Below, in pieces: positions 1 to 10,049 of a stretch of 64,000 bases of DNA (its first letter is position 1; each line of letters begins with the position of its first letter). Source of the stretch: an uncultured Prevotella sp. (GTDB taxonomy: Bacteria; Bacteroidota; Bacteroidia; Bacteroidales; Bacteroidaceae); the NCBI GenBank assembly GCA_937877595.1, contig CALFIY010000042.1, positions 1,062 through 65,061 on the forward strand, given 5' to 3'. A program made the translations under genes and the position numbers. The notes under the pieces were generated by a model that saw only the letters and a list, made by a program, of their open reading frames with translations, was not told where the DNA came from and searched no databases.

Positions 1-2202
1 GAGAATGTATGGTACGTCTTCGCATACCTGCTTGGATTTTACATTCTGCTACGCGCATTCGACTTCCGCTGGTATCTCTCAATGCTTGGAGCAGTGGCAT
101 GGGCCTTCTCAAGTTATTTCTTCATCATTATAGCAGCAGGACACATCTGGAAAGTGATAGCCCTGGCCTATCTGCCGCCAATGATAGCAGGCGTAGTGCT
201 TGCGTATCGCGGAAAATACATCAGCGGACTGGCCGTGACAGCAATATTCGCAGCGCTGGAAGTTCTGGCCAACCATGTACAGATGACATACTATTACCTA
301 TTTATATTAATAGCAATGGTGATAGCATTCATCATAGAGGGAGCCATGCGCAGACAATGGAAACATCTGCTCAAGGCTACTGCAGCATGCCTGGCCGGAG
401 CAGCAATAGGCATCTGCATAAACGCATCGAACCTGTACCACACATGGCAGTACAGCAAGGAGACAATGCGCGGAAAGAGCGAACTGATAAAGAAAAACTC
501 TGAGAAACAGACTTCGAGTGGACTGGACCGCGATTACATAACACAATGGAGTTACGGACTCGACGAAACGTGGACACTGCTCGTGCCAAACACGAAGGGC
601 GGAGCATCAGTGCCGCTGGCTAACAACAAGACTGCCATGGCTCATGCCGACAACAACTACATCGGCATATACCAGCAAATGGGACAATACTGGGGTGAAC
701 AGCCAATGACGGCAGGCCCTGTATACGTAGGAGCCTTCGTATTGATGCTGTTCGTGATGGGACTGGTAGTAGTGCGCGGACCTATGAAATGGGCACTGCT
801 GGCTGTGACGATACTGTCCATACTGCTGTCGTGGGGCAGAAACTTCATGCCTTTCACAGACTTCTTCATAGACTATATACCAATGTACGCCAAATTCCGT
901 ACGGTGGCTTCCATACTTGTAATAGCAGAATTCACTATACCACTGCTGGCCATAATGGCGCTGAAAGAATGGATGAACGCTGGCAGCGAGAAGAAAGAGG
1001 TGTACAGCAAGAGATTAGACACCGGACTATGGACTGGATTTGGCGTAACTGCAGGCGCATGTCTGCTGTTTGCACTGATGCCGCATCTGTTCTTCTCTGA
1101 CTTTATCAGCACGAGTGAAATGCAGGCTCTGAGCCAGATACCAGCAGAGCACAAGGCTCCACTGATGGCGAACATCAGAGAGATGCGCACTGCCATGTTT
1201 ACTGCCGACTGCTGGCGCTCATTGTGGGTAATTGTGGCAGGTGCTGCCTTGATGCTGGCATATCGCTACAGGAAAATACAGGCACAGTGGCTCGCCGTAG
1301 CACTGACCGTGCTATGCGTGGCAGACATGTGGCCCGTCAACAAGCGCTATCTCAACGACGAGATGTTTGTCTCGCAGACAGTGCGACAGGAGCCTGTACA
1401 GAAAACGACAGCCATAGACCACATACTGCAAGACAAGACGCTTGACTTCCGCGTGCTCAATCTTGCAACAAACACTTTCAACGAAAACGAAACGAGTTTC
1501 TACCTGAAGAGCATCGGCGGATATCATGCAGCAAAACTGCGCAGATACCAGGAACTCATTGACGCACACATAGCACCTGAGATGCAGGGAATATTCACCG
1601 CCATAATAGACTCGCAGGGCGACATGACACAGGTGAAGGGCGACAGCATTTATCCTGTACTCAACATGCTGAATACGAAATACTTCATTCTGCCGCTACA
1701 GGGTGGCCAGACGGTACCTGTGGCAAACCCATATTCATACGGCAACGCATGGCTGGTGGACAGGGTGGACTTTGTGGATACGGCTAACGAGGAACTGGAC
1801 GCACTTGGCAATACAGACCTGAGGCACACGGCTGTGGCCGACAGCAAATTCAAGGAAACCATTGGCAGCAGCACACAACAGGACACTCTGAGCGTAGTAC
1901 GCATAAAATCGTACGAGCCGAACAGAATAGAATATGACGTTGCTACAGGAAAGGGCGGTGTGATAGTGTTCTCGGAAATCTACTATCCGGGATGGGCCGC
2001 CACCGTGGACGGAGTGGAACAACAGTTGGGACGCGTGGACTACGTGCTGCGCGCACTGAAAGTTGAGCCAGGGCAACATGAGGTGGTGCTCAGTTTCTTC
2101 CCAAAGAGCATTACGCGGACGGAGACGATTGCCTACGTTGCAATGGCAGTGCTTTTGCTGCTACTGATATACGTTGTGGTCAAGCAGCGTCGTCGTGAAT
2201 GA
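1..2202 (+). CDS. YfhO-family polytopic membrane protein (putative GT-C-fold glycosyltransferase), 5' partial
   Basis: Frame is open from base 1. Many hydrophobic TM segments plus motifs typical of Bacteroidales YfhO proteins (NHVQMTYY, YWGEQP..GPVYVG, SIGGYHAAKLRRYQELI, VFSEIYYPGW). Confidence 0.8.
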   Translation, partial: ENVWYVFAYLLGFYILLRAFDFRWYLSMLGAVAWAFSSYFFIIIAAGHIWKVIALAYLPPMIAGVVLAYRGKYISGLAVTAIFAALEVLANHVQMTYYYLFILIAMVIAFIIEGAMRRQWKHLLKATAACLAGAAIGICINASNLYHTWQYSKETMRGKSELIKKNSEKQTSSGLDRDYITQWSYGLDETWTLLVPNTKGGASVPLANNKTAMAHADNNYIGIYQQMGQYWGEQPMTAGPVYVGAFVLMLFVMGLVVVRGPMKWALLAVTILSILLSWGRNFMPFTDFFIDYIPMYAKFRTVASILVIAEFTIPLLAIMALKEWMNAGSEKKEVYSKRLDTGLWTGFGVTAGACLLFALMPHLFFSDFISTSEMQALSQIPAEHKAPLMANIREMRTAMFTADCWRSLWVIVAGAALMLAYRYRKIQAQWLAVALTVLCVADMWPVNKRYLNDEMFVSQTVRQEPVQKTTAIDHILQDKTLDFRVLNLATNTFNENETSFYLKSIGGYHAAKLRRYQELIDAHIAPEMQGIFTAIIDSQGDMTQVKGDSIYPVLNMLNTKYFILPLQGGQTVPVANPYSYGNAWLVDRVDFVDTANEELDALGNTDLRHTAVADSKFKETIGSSTQQDTLSVVRIKSYEPNRIEYDVATGKGGVIVFSEIYYPGWAATVDGVEQQLGRVDYVLRALKVEPGQHEVVLSFFPKSITRTETIAYVAMAVLLLLLIYVVVKQRRRE

Positions 2203-3514
2203 TGTTATGTCGCACATAAGCACGATGGCCATACCATCCTACTACTACAAAACACATTACAGACAGAAAATAGGACACATTTGTCGACGGCAATCCAAGC
2301 AATGACACATGCGTGTCGATTATCAAGGCTTGGACAAAAGGAAAAATGGAACCGCCGAGAATGGCCATCACCAAGCCTGCACTGGCATACTTCAAGTCAC
2401 TGCCCACGCCACGCAAGGCTATGCCGTAGATAGTGGGGAACATAAGCGACATACAACCGCTGACAAACACCAGACAGTAGAGACCGCTTCGGTCGGTGAA
2501 GAGCACAACGCCGAATGCCGCCACTGCCGCCAGCACGGAAAACACCGTAAGCATGCGCGATGAAGAGAACCACTGCATCAACCATGTACAAAGGAAACGT
2601 CCGCCTGCAAACAAGAACATTGCCACAAGGCTGTACTTCTGAGCCAATCGTTCTGCGTCTGCCTCCGCCATTCCCTCATTCAGAAAGACTCTCATTCCAT
2701 ACACTATGATAAACGTCCAGCACATTACCTGGGCGCCGACATAGCAGAACTGAGCGATAACACCCTCGCGATAATTGCGATGACGGTACAGCCTGCCAAG
2801 AACAGCCGACAACTGAAGCGGTTCGTGGTTGTCATGGTCGGAAGGCATGCGTGTGAAATATATTGCCACAAGAATAATTAACACCAAAGCAGCAATATAG
2901 AAATACGGCTGCACCAGAACGCCAAGGTCGTGGCTTTTTATGAGTTCAAACTGCTGACCTGGCAGAAGTTCACGCGTGGCCTGATCCATAGGACTCATGC
3001 GCTTATGTACAGAATAAGCCACATACATTCCTATCAATGCTCCAATAGGATTGAATGCCTGAGCGGCATTCATGCGCTGGATGCCTTTCTCCAACGGCCC
3101 AAGTGTGAAGATATACGGATTGCAACTCGTCTCAAGGAAAGAAAGGCCACACGTCATTATGAAATAGGCTATCAGGAAAGGCCAGAAAGTACCGATGGCA
3201 CGGGCTGGCAGGAAGAGCAACGTGCCGGCAGCATAGAGTCCCAGCCCCACCAGCACACCTTTCTTATATGAGTAGCGCTGAATGAATATCGCTGCAGGAA
3301 ATGCCAGCACAAAATATCCAAGATAGTAAGCCATGGGCACGAGCGACGCCTCAGTAGTACTAATGCGGAAAATCTTGGAGAAATCGTTCACCATTGGATT
3401 GGTGACATTATTGGAAAAGCCCCACAACGCAAAGCACGCCGTAAGCAGCGCAAATGGCAATAGATAATGGGGTGTGATAGTGCTGAGAATACTTTCCTTG
3501 AAATTCAGTTTCAT
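2180..3514 (-). CDS. fucP: L-fucose:H+ symporter-like MFS permease
   Basis: FucP-like motifs (FALWGF, GLSFLETSCNPY, AQAFNPIG, AQFCYVGAQV, MSLMFPTIYG). Start placed at ATG 3514, downstream of a -7 promoter box. Divergent from fkp. Confidence 0.8.
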   Translation of the reverse strand: MKLNFKESILSTITPHYLLPFALLTACFALWGFSNNVTNPMVNDFSKIFRISTTEASLVPMAYYLGYFVLAFPAAIFIQRYSYKKGVLVGLGLYAAGTLLFLPARAIGTFWPFLIAYFIMTCGLSFLETSCNPYIFTLGPLEKGIQRMNAAQAFNPIGALIGMYVAYSVHKRMSPMDQATRELLPGQQFELIKSHDLGVLVQPYFYIAALVLIILVAIYFTRMPSDHDNHEPLQLSAVLGRLYRHRNYREGVIAQFCYVGAQVMCWTFIIVYGMRVFLNEGMAEADAERLAQKYSLVAMFLFAGGRFLCTWLMQWFSSSRMLTVFSVLAAVAAFGVVLFTDRSGLYCLVFVSGCMSLMFPTIYGIALRGVGSDLKYASAGLVMAILGGSIFPFVQALIIDTHVSLLGLPSTNVSYFLSVMCFVVVGWYGHRAYVRHNIIHDDAA

Positions 3515-3539
3515 GCGCTCGTAGGTTTTTAGAACGCTG

Positions 3540-3622
3540 CAAAGATAGCAAAATTTATCACACCTTATTATAAAAAAGAAAAAAATTCTTTTGGCATCAT
3601 TTGCACTTTTTTTATACTTTTG
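3540..3622. promoter_or_regulatory. Divergent Bacteroidota housekeeping promoters for fucP (- strand, TATCTTTG 3540-3547) and fkp (+ strand, TACTTTTG 3615-3622)
   Basis: Two back-to-back TAnnTTTG -7 boxes in an AT-rich intergenic region. Confidence 0.7.
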
Positions 3623-3663
3623 CCACCAATACCAATTCTTGGAAAACAAACTACTGACTATAA

Positions 3664-6294
3664 ATGAAAAAACTTCTCTCACTGCCACCCAATGTGGTAG
3701 AATGTTTTCACGACATCACAGGACTGAGCCACGACGAATTCTTCTGCACATGCGACCCCTTAGGACAGCGACTTGGCTCGGGAGGCGGAACGACGTGGCT
3801 GCTATGGCAGTGCTACGAGCAAGAGACAAGCAGAGAGCATGGGGAGGAAAACAGGAATACGTCCTTCGACGAATGGCTCGCCAGCGAGAAGCGGATACTG
3901 CTGCATGCCGGCGGACAGAGCAGGCGGCTGCCGTCGTATGCCGTCAGTGGGAAAGCACTGATGCCGATACCAGTTTTCAGATGGGAGCGCGGCCAAAGGC
4001 TGAACCAGACTCTGCTCGACCTGCAACTGCCGCTCTATGAGCGCATGATGGCGCAGGCCCCGTCGTCACTGCGCACAATGATAGTAAGCGGCGACGTGTA
4101 TATACGAGCAGCCGAACGCATAGGACAAATACCCGAGGCAGATGTGGTATGCTACGGACTATGGTTGAATGCGATGGTGGCAAAAAACCACGGTGTGTTC
4201 CTAAGCGACAAGAAAAGTCCAACGGTACTGAAACATATGTTGCAGAAACCGTCAACAGAGACCCTCGCCTCGCTGAGCCACAACCACTATTATCTTACCG
4301 ACATCGGAATATGGCTGCTAAGCGACAGGGCCGTAAAAGCACTGGCAAGGAAAAGCGGCCTGGACACAGGGCTGCAGACAGATGGCAGACCACTACAACT
4401 AACACCTTACGACCTTTACTCCGACTTCGGATGCGCTCTGGGAACAGACCCCACGAAACCAGACGATGAGATATCACAACTATCTGTAGCCATCGTACCA
4501 CTGGCAGGAGGCGAATTCTACCACTTCGGAACCTCGGCAGAAATGATATCGTCTACACTGGCTGTGCAGAATATCGTACGGGATCAGCGCGACATCATGC
4601 ACCACGACCGGAAGCCCCATCCAAGCATTTTCGTACAGAATGCTGTATTGCAAACAGGCTTTACGTCAGAAAACTACAACATATGGATTGAGAACAGCCA
4701 CATCGGACCGCGATGGACGCTCTCTCACGACAACGTAATAACCGGTGTGCCAGAAAACGACTGGGAAATAAATCTTCAGCCAGGCGAATGTATCGACGTA
4801 GTACCCGTGGGAGAAAAGGAATATGAAGTGAGGCGATACAATATAGGCGACGCCGTAGACAGCAATGAGTTGGCAGAAAGGGCAAATCTGCGCCGGCTCT
4901 TCGCACAACGCCGGCAGTACCGGAAAGCGAACTTGCCTGCACTGGCGCGCAACTGGCAGCACAGCGTTTTCTATCAGTTGGACCTTCACTATGCGGCGCA
5001 GGAATTTGCTGAGATGCAACTACCCTTGCCCGAGGCGCTGCCAGAAGACGCACCAGCCATGACGCGCATCCACGATGCCATGTTCAGGGGCGACAAAGGC
5101 ATGGCTTTCTCGCTGCTGAAGGACGTATTGATGAGCAACAGCAATACGCCGGCAACAACCGTCATACCAAAATCCACAGTATACAAAGACCAGATAGTAT
5201 GGGCGCGCTCACCAGTGCGAATAGACCTCGCAGGAGGATGGACAGACACACCACCCTACTGTCTGCTGGAAGGCGGTTCGGTAATAAACATTGCCATAGA
5301 ATTGAACGGGCAGCCTCCACTGCAGACATACATAAAACCATGCCCAGAACCGCATTTCGTACTGCGAAGCATCGATCTGGGAGCAACAGAAGTGGTGGAA
5401 AACTACGAGCAACTCACCGACTTCATGCATGTTGGCTCGCCATTTAGCATTCCGAAGGCGGCACTCGTACTGGCAGGCTTCCAACCAGATGCAGCCACCG
5501 GACGCCACAACTCTCTAAAGCAGCAACTGGAAGAATTCGGCAGTGGAATAGAACTGACACTGCTTTCTGCAGTACCTGCAGGCAGCGGTATGGGAACAAG
5601 TTCCATTCTGGCAGCGACAGTACTGGGCGCTATCAGCGACTTCTGCTCGCTTGCATGGGACAATACCGAAATAGGAAGGCGCACGCTTATCCTGGAACAG
5701 ATGCTGACAACGGGAGGAGGATGGCAAGACCAGTACGGCGGCGTACTTGGCGGCGTGAAACTCCTGCAGACCGAGCGCGGCTTCCAGCAACAGCCAATGG
5801 TGAGATGGCTGCCCGATGCAGTCTTCACACAACCCGAATATGCCTCATGCCATCTGCTTTATTATACGGGAATAACGCGCACGGCAAAGACAATACTGGC
5901 TGAAATAGTGCGCCGGATGTTTCTCAACGAGCACGAACAGTTACTTCTGTTGCGCGAAATGAAAGCACACACTATGGATCTCTTCGATGCCATACAGCGA
6001 CAGGACTTCACAACGGCAGGCAGGCTCGTAGGACGCTCATGGCTGCAGAACCAGCAACTTGACAGCGGTACAAATCCTGCAGCAGTGCAGCGCCTGACAG
6101 AACTGGTCGACGATCTGTGCTTAGGCTACAAACTGCCAGGAGCAGGCGGCGGCGGTTTCCTGTATATGGTGGCTAAGGATCCTGAGGCGGCAGCACGCAT
6201 TAAACATATCGTCAATGATAGCAACAGGACGCATAATGCGCGCTTTGTTGACATGAAACTTTCGCGCACCGGCCTGCAAGTGAGCCGCAGTTGA
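3664..6294 (+). CDS. fkp: Bifunctional L-fucokinase / fucose-1-phosphate guanylyltransferase
   Basis: N-terminus MKKLLSLPPN..LGSGGGT..LHAGGQSRRLP. C-terminal GHMP kinase motifs RIDLAGGWTDTPPY, PAGSGMGTSS, GGGWQDQ, GAGGGG. Confidence 0.93.
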   Translation: MKKLLSLPPNVVECFHDITGLSHDEFFCTCDPLGQRLGSGGGTTWLLWQCYEQETSREHGEENRNTSFDEWLASEKRILLHAGGQSRRLPSYAVSGKALMPIPVFRWERGQRLNQTLLDLQLPLYERMMAQAPSSLRTMIVSGDVYIRAAERIGQIPEADVVCYGLWLNAMVAKNHGVFLSDKKSPTVLKHMLQKPSTETLASLSHNHYYLTDIGIWLLSDRAVKALARKSGLDTGLQTDGRPLQLTPYDLYSDFGCALGTDPTKPDDEISQLSVAIVPLAGGEFYHFGTSAEMISSTLAVQNIVRDQRDIMHHDRKPHPSIFVQNAVLQTGFTSENYNIWIENSHIGPRWTLSHDNVITGVPENDWEINLQPGECIDVVPVGEKEYEVRRYNIGDAVDSNELAERANLRRLFAQRRQYRKANLPALARNWQHSVFYQLDLHYAAQEFAEMQLPLPEALPEDAPAMTRIHDAMFRGDKGMAFSLLKDVLMSNSNTPATTVIPKSTVYKDQIVWARSPVRIDLAGGWTDTPPYCLLEGGSVINIAIELNGQPPLQTYIKPCPEPHFVLRSIDLGATEVVENYEQLTDFMHVGSPFSIPKAALVLAGFQPDAATGRHNSLKQQLEEFGSGIELTLLSAVPAGSGMGTSSILAATVLGAISDFCSLAWDNTEIGRRTLILEQMLTTGGGWQDQYGGVLGGVKLLQTERGFQQQPMVRWLPDAVFTQPEYASCHLLYYTGITRTAKTILAEIVRRMFLNEHEQLLLLREMKAHTMDLFDAIQRQDFTTAGRLVGRSWLQNQQLDSGTNPAAVQRLTELVDDLCLGYKLPGAGGGGFLYMVAKDPEAAARIKHIVNDSNRTHNARFVDMKLSRTGLQVSRS

Positions 6295-6500
6295 CACGTT
6301 CCACCGGATGATTTGGGACAACATTCCCTTTGCTACCAGTTTCTTTTCCCCATTTTCATTTTCATCCACCATCAGTCACAATTCAATGTAAGCCACAGGC
6401 TATCAACGCATTGATTGTGACGGATGGGGTAACGGACAGAAAGTGGCCATGCAAGCGTCCCCTTTTCTTAGTATTTTTGTTAGTTTTTTATCAAAAAATT

Positions 6501-6531
6501 TTTGTACTTGTGTAAAATAATGTTATTTTTG
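6501..6531 (+). promoter_or_regulatory. Promoter of the susC operon (-33 TTTG, 19-nt spacer, -7 TATTTTTG)
   Basis: TTTG at 6501-6504 and TATTTTTG at 6524-6531 match the canonical Bacteroidota arrangement. Implies a 5' leader of about 200 nt. Confidence 0.7.
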
Positions 6532-6737
6532 CATGCCCCTACTACGTACCATAAAACAACATAATACACATTAATAATACAATAACCATAAACACAACCT
6601 TAAGCACAAAAGAAAACACGTCTTGAATTGCCATTGGCTGTCCGAGAGAGGCGGCATGGAAGGGACTGAAAAGCCCCGCACAAGGAACAACTACTAACCA
6701 TTTGTACTTACAAATAACTAAAGAAAACACCTAAAGT

Positions 6738-9700
6738 ATGAATCAAACATTAAGAAAAACTGCGCTGCTGATGAGTGCATGTTCCTTGTTGGGCATGTAC
6801 ACGCCTGTAGTGGCTGCCAATCCCGACGCATCGGTAGAGGCTGTTCAGCAGACAAAGAAAAAGATTACGGGTACGGTGAGCGACGCAATGGGTCCCATCA
6901 TCGGTGCAAGCGTTGTGGTAAAAGGTACCACCAACGGTGTAGCAACCGACTTCGACGGCAACTTCTCGCTCAACGTTTCTCAGGGTCAAACGCTCGTTAT
7001 CTCGTTTATCGGATACGTAACCAAGGAAATCAAGATTGATGCAAGAAACACCTACAACGTAACTCTTGAAGAAGACAAGAAGATGCTTGAAGAGGTCGTT
7101 GTGGTAGGCTACGGTACGATGAAGAAGAGCGACTTGGCCGGTGCTTCTTCCTCTATGGACGAGGCTGCCATCAAAGGTAGCAACATTACCAATATCGACC
7201 AGAGTTTCCAGGGACGCGTCACTGGTGTGTCTGCCGTGCAGACTTCAGGTGCTCCTGGTTCTTCATCGTCCATCCGCGTTCGTGGTCAGGCCACTATCAA
7301 CGCCGGTGCTGAGCCTCTCTACGTGATTGATGGTGTTATCGTACAGAGCCAAGGCACGTCGGGTGCATCCTTCGGCCTTGGCGACGCCCTGGGTAATGGT
7401 TCCGTTTCAACAGTGTCTCCACTGTCAACCATCAACCCCAACGATATCGTAAGCATGGAAGTGCTGAAAGACGCTTCTGCTACCGCCATTTACGGTGCAC
7501 AGGGTGCTAACGGTGTTGTGCTTATCACCACAAAGCGCGGTAAGGCAGGCGAGGCAAAGTTCACATACGACGGTTCTGTCACGATGGCCCGCCAGACAAA
7601 GCGACTTGACATGCTCAACCTGCGCGAGTTTGCAGAGTTCTACAACGACATGGCTGCACAGGGTGAAATCTCACAGCCCGACGAAGTATACAGCGACCCA
7701 AGTATTCTGGGCAAGGGTACCAACTGGCAGGACGCTATTTTCCGCACTGCATGGCAGCACCAGCACCAGATTAGCGCCCAGGGTGGTACAGATGCCGTCA
7801 AATATTATATCTCTGGTGGCTACATGAACCAGGAAGGTACCATCATAGGTTCCGACTTTGAGCGTTTCTCTGTACGCACCAACCTCGACGCTCAGTTGAA
7901 GAAGTGGTTGAAGATTGGTATAAACGCATCTTACAGCCAGACTTCAGAGAGTCTTAAACTTGCCGACTCCGACGAAGGTCTTATCAACTACTCACTTACC
8001 ACGCCTCCCGACATTCAGATTTACGACATAACGGGTGGCTATTCCAGCGTTTCAAAGGAAGGATTCACCAATCCTAATCCTATTGCAATGGCAATGTACG
8101 ACGACATCCTGCTCGACCGTCAGAAACTTAGCGGAAGCATCTTTGCCGACATCACCCCAATCAATCATCTTACATGGCACACAGAGTTAGGCTTCGATAT
8201 TTCGGCATCGAAGGCAGAGACCTACTCGCCAAAGGTTAATCTTGGTACATGGAGCCGTCCTTCAAACCAGGCTCGCGAGCAGAAGAACTCCAGCAAGTTC
8301 TGGGCTCTGAAGAACTACATTACCTACAGCAACACTTTCGGCAAGCACTCTATTACCGCCATGCTTGGACAGGAGGCCTGGGAGTCTTCTTACGACTACG
8401 CTTCTGTTTACAACACCAATCTGCCTAACGACATTGTTCACAATCCTGCCCTCGGTACTGGCGATCCAACCATCGGCTACGGTTTCGGCAGTTCTTCAAT
8501 GGCATCTTTCTTCACTCGTGAGACCTACAACTTCGACGACCGCTATCTCGCAACTTACACTTTCCGTTACGACGGTTCGTCAAACTTCGGTCCTAACAAG
8601 CGCTGGGCTGGTTTCCACTCTTTTGCTGCCGCATGGCGCTTCTCCAACGAGAAATTCTTTAAGGACATCAAGTGGCTGTACAATGGCAAACTGCGTATCG
8701 GCTGGGGCCAGACTGGTAACTCCAACATCGGTGGTTACAAGTGGGGCTCGGCAATGTCTGTTATGGAAACAGGACTTGGCGTAAGTTATCGTCCTGCCAA
8801 CTTGAAGAACCCCGATGTGAAATGGGAAACTCAGGAGCAGATCAACGTAGGTCTTGACCTCGGTTTCTTCGGTGGCCGTCTCAGCCTCGTTGTCGACTGG
8901 TACAAGAAGATGTCTAAGGACATGCTTATGATGCTCAATCTCCCGTCGATCATGGGTACACAGGGTAACGGCTCTTCAGCCCTCGCAGCACCTTGGGGTA
9001 ACTATGGTGACATCGAGAACACCGGTCTTGAAATTGCTCTCAACACCAAGCCAATACAGACCAAGAACTTCTCTTGGGACTCTAATTTCCAGATTTCTTT
9101 CAACAAGAACAAGTTGAAGAGTCTTTCCGGCTCTACTGCTCTTCCTGGCTACGGTCAGTGGACCGACGTTGTTACGCGTTCCGTTCCTGGCGAAAGCCTA
9201 TACAACTTCTACGGTTACGAAGTAGAGGGCGTATATCAGTCATTCGAGGATATTCTGAACTCGCCAGTCAACACACTGCAGCAGAACAACCCGATTGTGA
9301 AGACATACGATGCTGACGGCAACCTCGTCAGCCAGACATGGAGCACCGACCCGACACTGTACAACCCGAAGAACACCACTTACGTCGGCGATATCAAGTA
9401 CAAGGACGTGAATGGCGACGGCATCATCGACGAAAACGATAAGACCAACATCGGTTCGCCACTGCCCGACTTCACCTTTGGTTGGAACAACACATTCACT
9501 TACAAGAATTGGGATCTTAACATCTTCATCAACGGTTCTTATGGCAACAAGGTAGGTAACTACATGAAGATGAAACTTACCCACATGAACTCGCCTTGGA
9601 CCAACCAGTTGGCTGACGTCAAGGACCGCACCCGTCTGCAGCCTGCCAACGGCGTATACAGCGACTACTGGTACAACGACATCTCCAATGTCGTAGCCGC

Positions 9701-10025
9701 CAACGCTTCTCCGACGCCACGCGCCGCCATCAACGACCCGAACGACAACGACGCTTGGAGTTCGCGCTACATTGAAGACGGTTCTTACCTCCGCGTAAAG
9801 GCTATCACCCTGGGCTACACCTTCGACACCAAGTTGATTAAGAAGTGGGGCCTCACCAATCTCCGCGTGACATTCAACGTCACCAACCTATTCACTATCA
9901 CAGGCTATGACGGCTACGATCCCGAAATCGGTGTTTCGACAGCCTCCAACAACGTGTACGGACTGGACAACGGCCGTTATCCTTCTCCTACAAGTTACAC
10001 ACTTGGCCTGAATGTATCGTTCTAA
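6738..10025 (+). CDS. susC: SusC/RagA-family TonB-dependent outer-membrane transporter
   Basis: N-terminal extension, EEVVVVGYG, plug motif LKDASATAIYGAQGANGVVLITTK, C-terminal Phe (LGLNVSF). 1095 aa. Confidence 0.95.
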   Translation: MNQTLRKTALLMSACSLLGMYTPVVAANPDASVEAVQQTKKKITGTVSDAMGPIIGASVVVKGTTNGVATDFDGNFSLNVSQGQTLVISFIGYVTKEIKIDARNTYNVTLEEDKKMLEEVVVVGYGTMKKSDLAGASSSMDEAAIKGSNITNIDQSFQGRVTGVSAVQTSGAPGSSSSIRVRGQATINAGAEPLYVIDGVIVQSQGTSGASFGLGDALGNGSVSTVSPLSTINPNDIVSMEVLKDASATAIYGAQGANGVVLITTKRGKAGEAKFTYDGSVTMARQTKRLDMLNLREFAEFYNDMAAQGEISQPDEVYSDPSILGKGTNWQDAIFRTAWQHQHQISAQGGTDAVKYYISGGYMNQEGTIIGSDFERFSVRTNLDAQLKKWLKIGINASYSQTSESLKLADSDEGLINYSLTTPPDIQIYDITGGYSSVSKEGFTNPNPIAMAMYDDILLDRQKLSGSIFADITPINHLTWHTELGFDISASKAETYSPKVNLGTWSRPSNQAREQKNSSKFWALKNYITYSNTFGKHSITAMLGQEAWESSYDYASVYNTNLPNDIVHNPALGTGDPTIGYGFGSSSMASFFTRETYNFDDRYLATYTFRYDGSSNFGPNKRWAGFHSFAAAWRFSNEKFFKDIKWLYNGKLRIGWGQTGNSNIGGYKWGSAMSVMETGLGVSYRPANLKNPDVKWETQEQINVGLDLGFFGGRLSLVVDWYKKMSKDMLMMLNLPSIMGTQGNGSSALAAPWGNYGDIENTGLEIALNTKPIQTKNFSWDSNFQISFNKNKLKSLSGSTALPGYGQWTDVVTRSVPGESLYNFYGYEVEGVYQSFEDILNSPVNTLQQNNPIVKTYDADGNLVSQTWSTDPTLYNPKNTTYVGDIKYKDVNGDGIIDENDKTNIGSPLPDFTFGWNNTFTYKNWDLNIFINGSYGNKVGNYMKMKLTHMNSPWTNQLADVKDRTRLQPANGVYSDYWYNDISNVVAANASPTPRAAINDPNDNDAWSSRYIEDGSYLRVKAITLGYTFDTKLIKKWGLTNLRVTFNVTNLFTITGYDGYDPEIGVSTASNNVYGLDNGRYPSPTSYTLGLNVSF

Positions 10026-10049
10026 CCTTATTATAATAAAAAAAGCATT

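Noticed and set aside
3515..3688. N-terminal extension of fucP in the ORF track (similarly the extensions of argB, adk, ruvC and the nucleotidyltransferase)
   Set aside because: The extensions run through promoter boxes, a structured RNA or the neighbouring gene; downstream ATGs match the family N-termini.
6660..6680. Hammerhead ribozyme in the susC leader (CUGA...)
   Set aside because: Lacks the CUGANGA and GAAA/NUH core arrangement.
9405..9445. EF-hand-like DVNGDGIIDEND in SusC
   Set aside because: Common loop motif in SusC proteins; not unusual.
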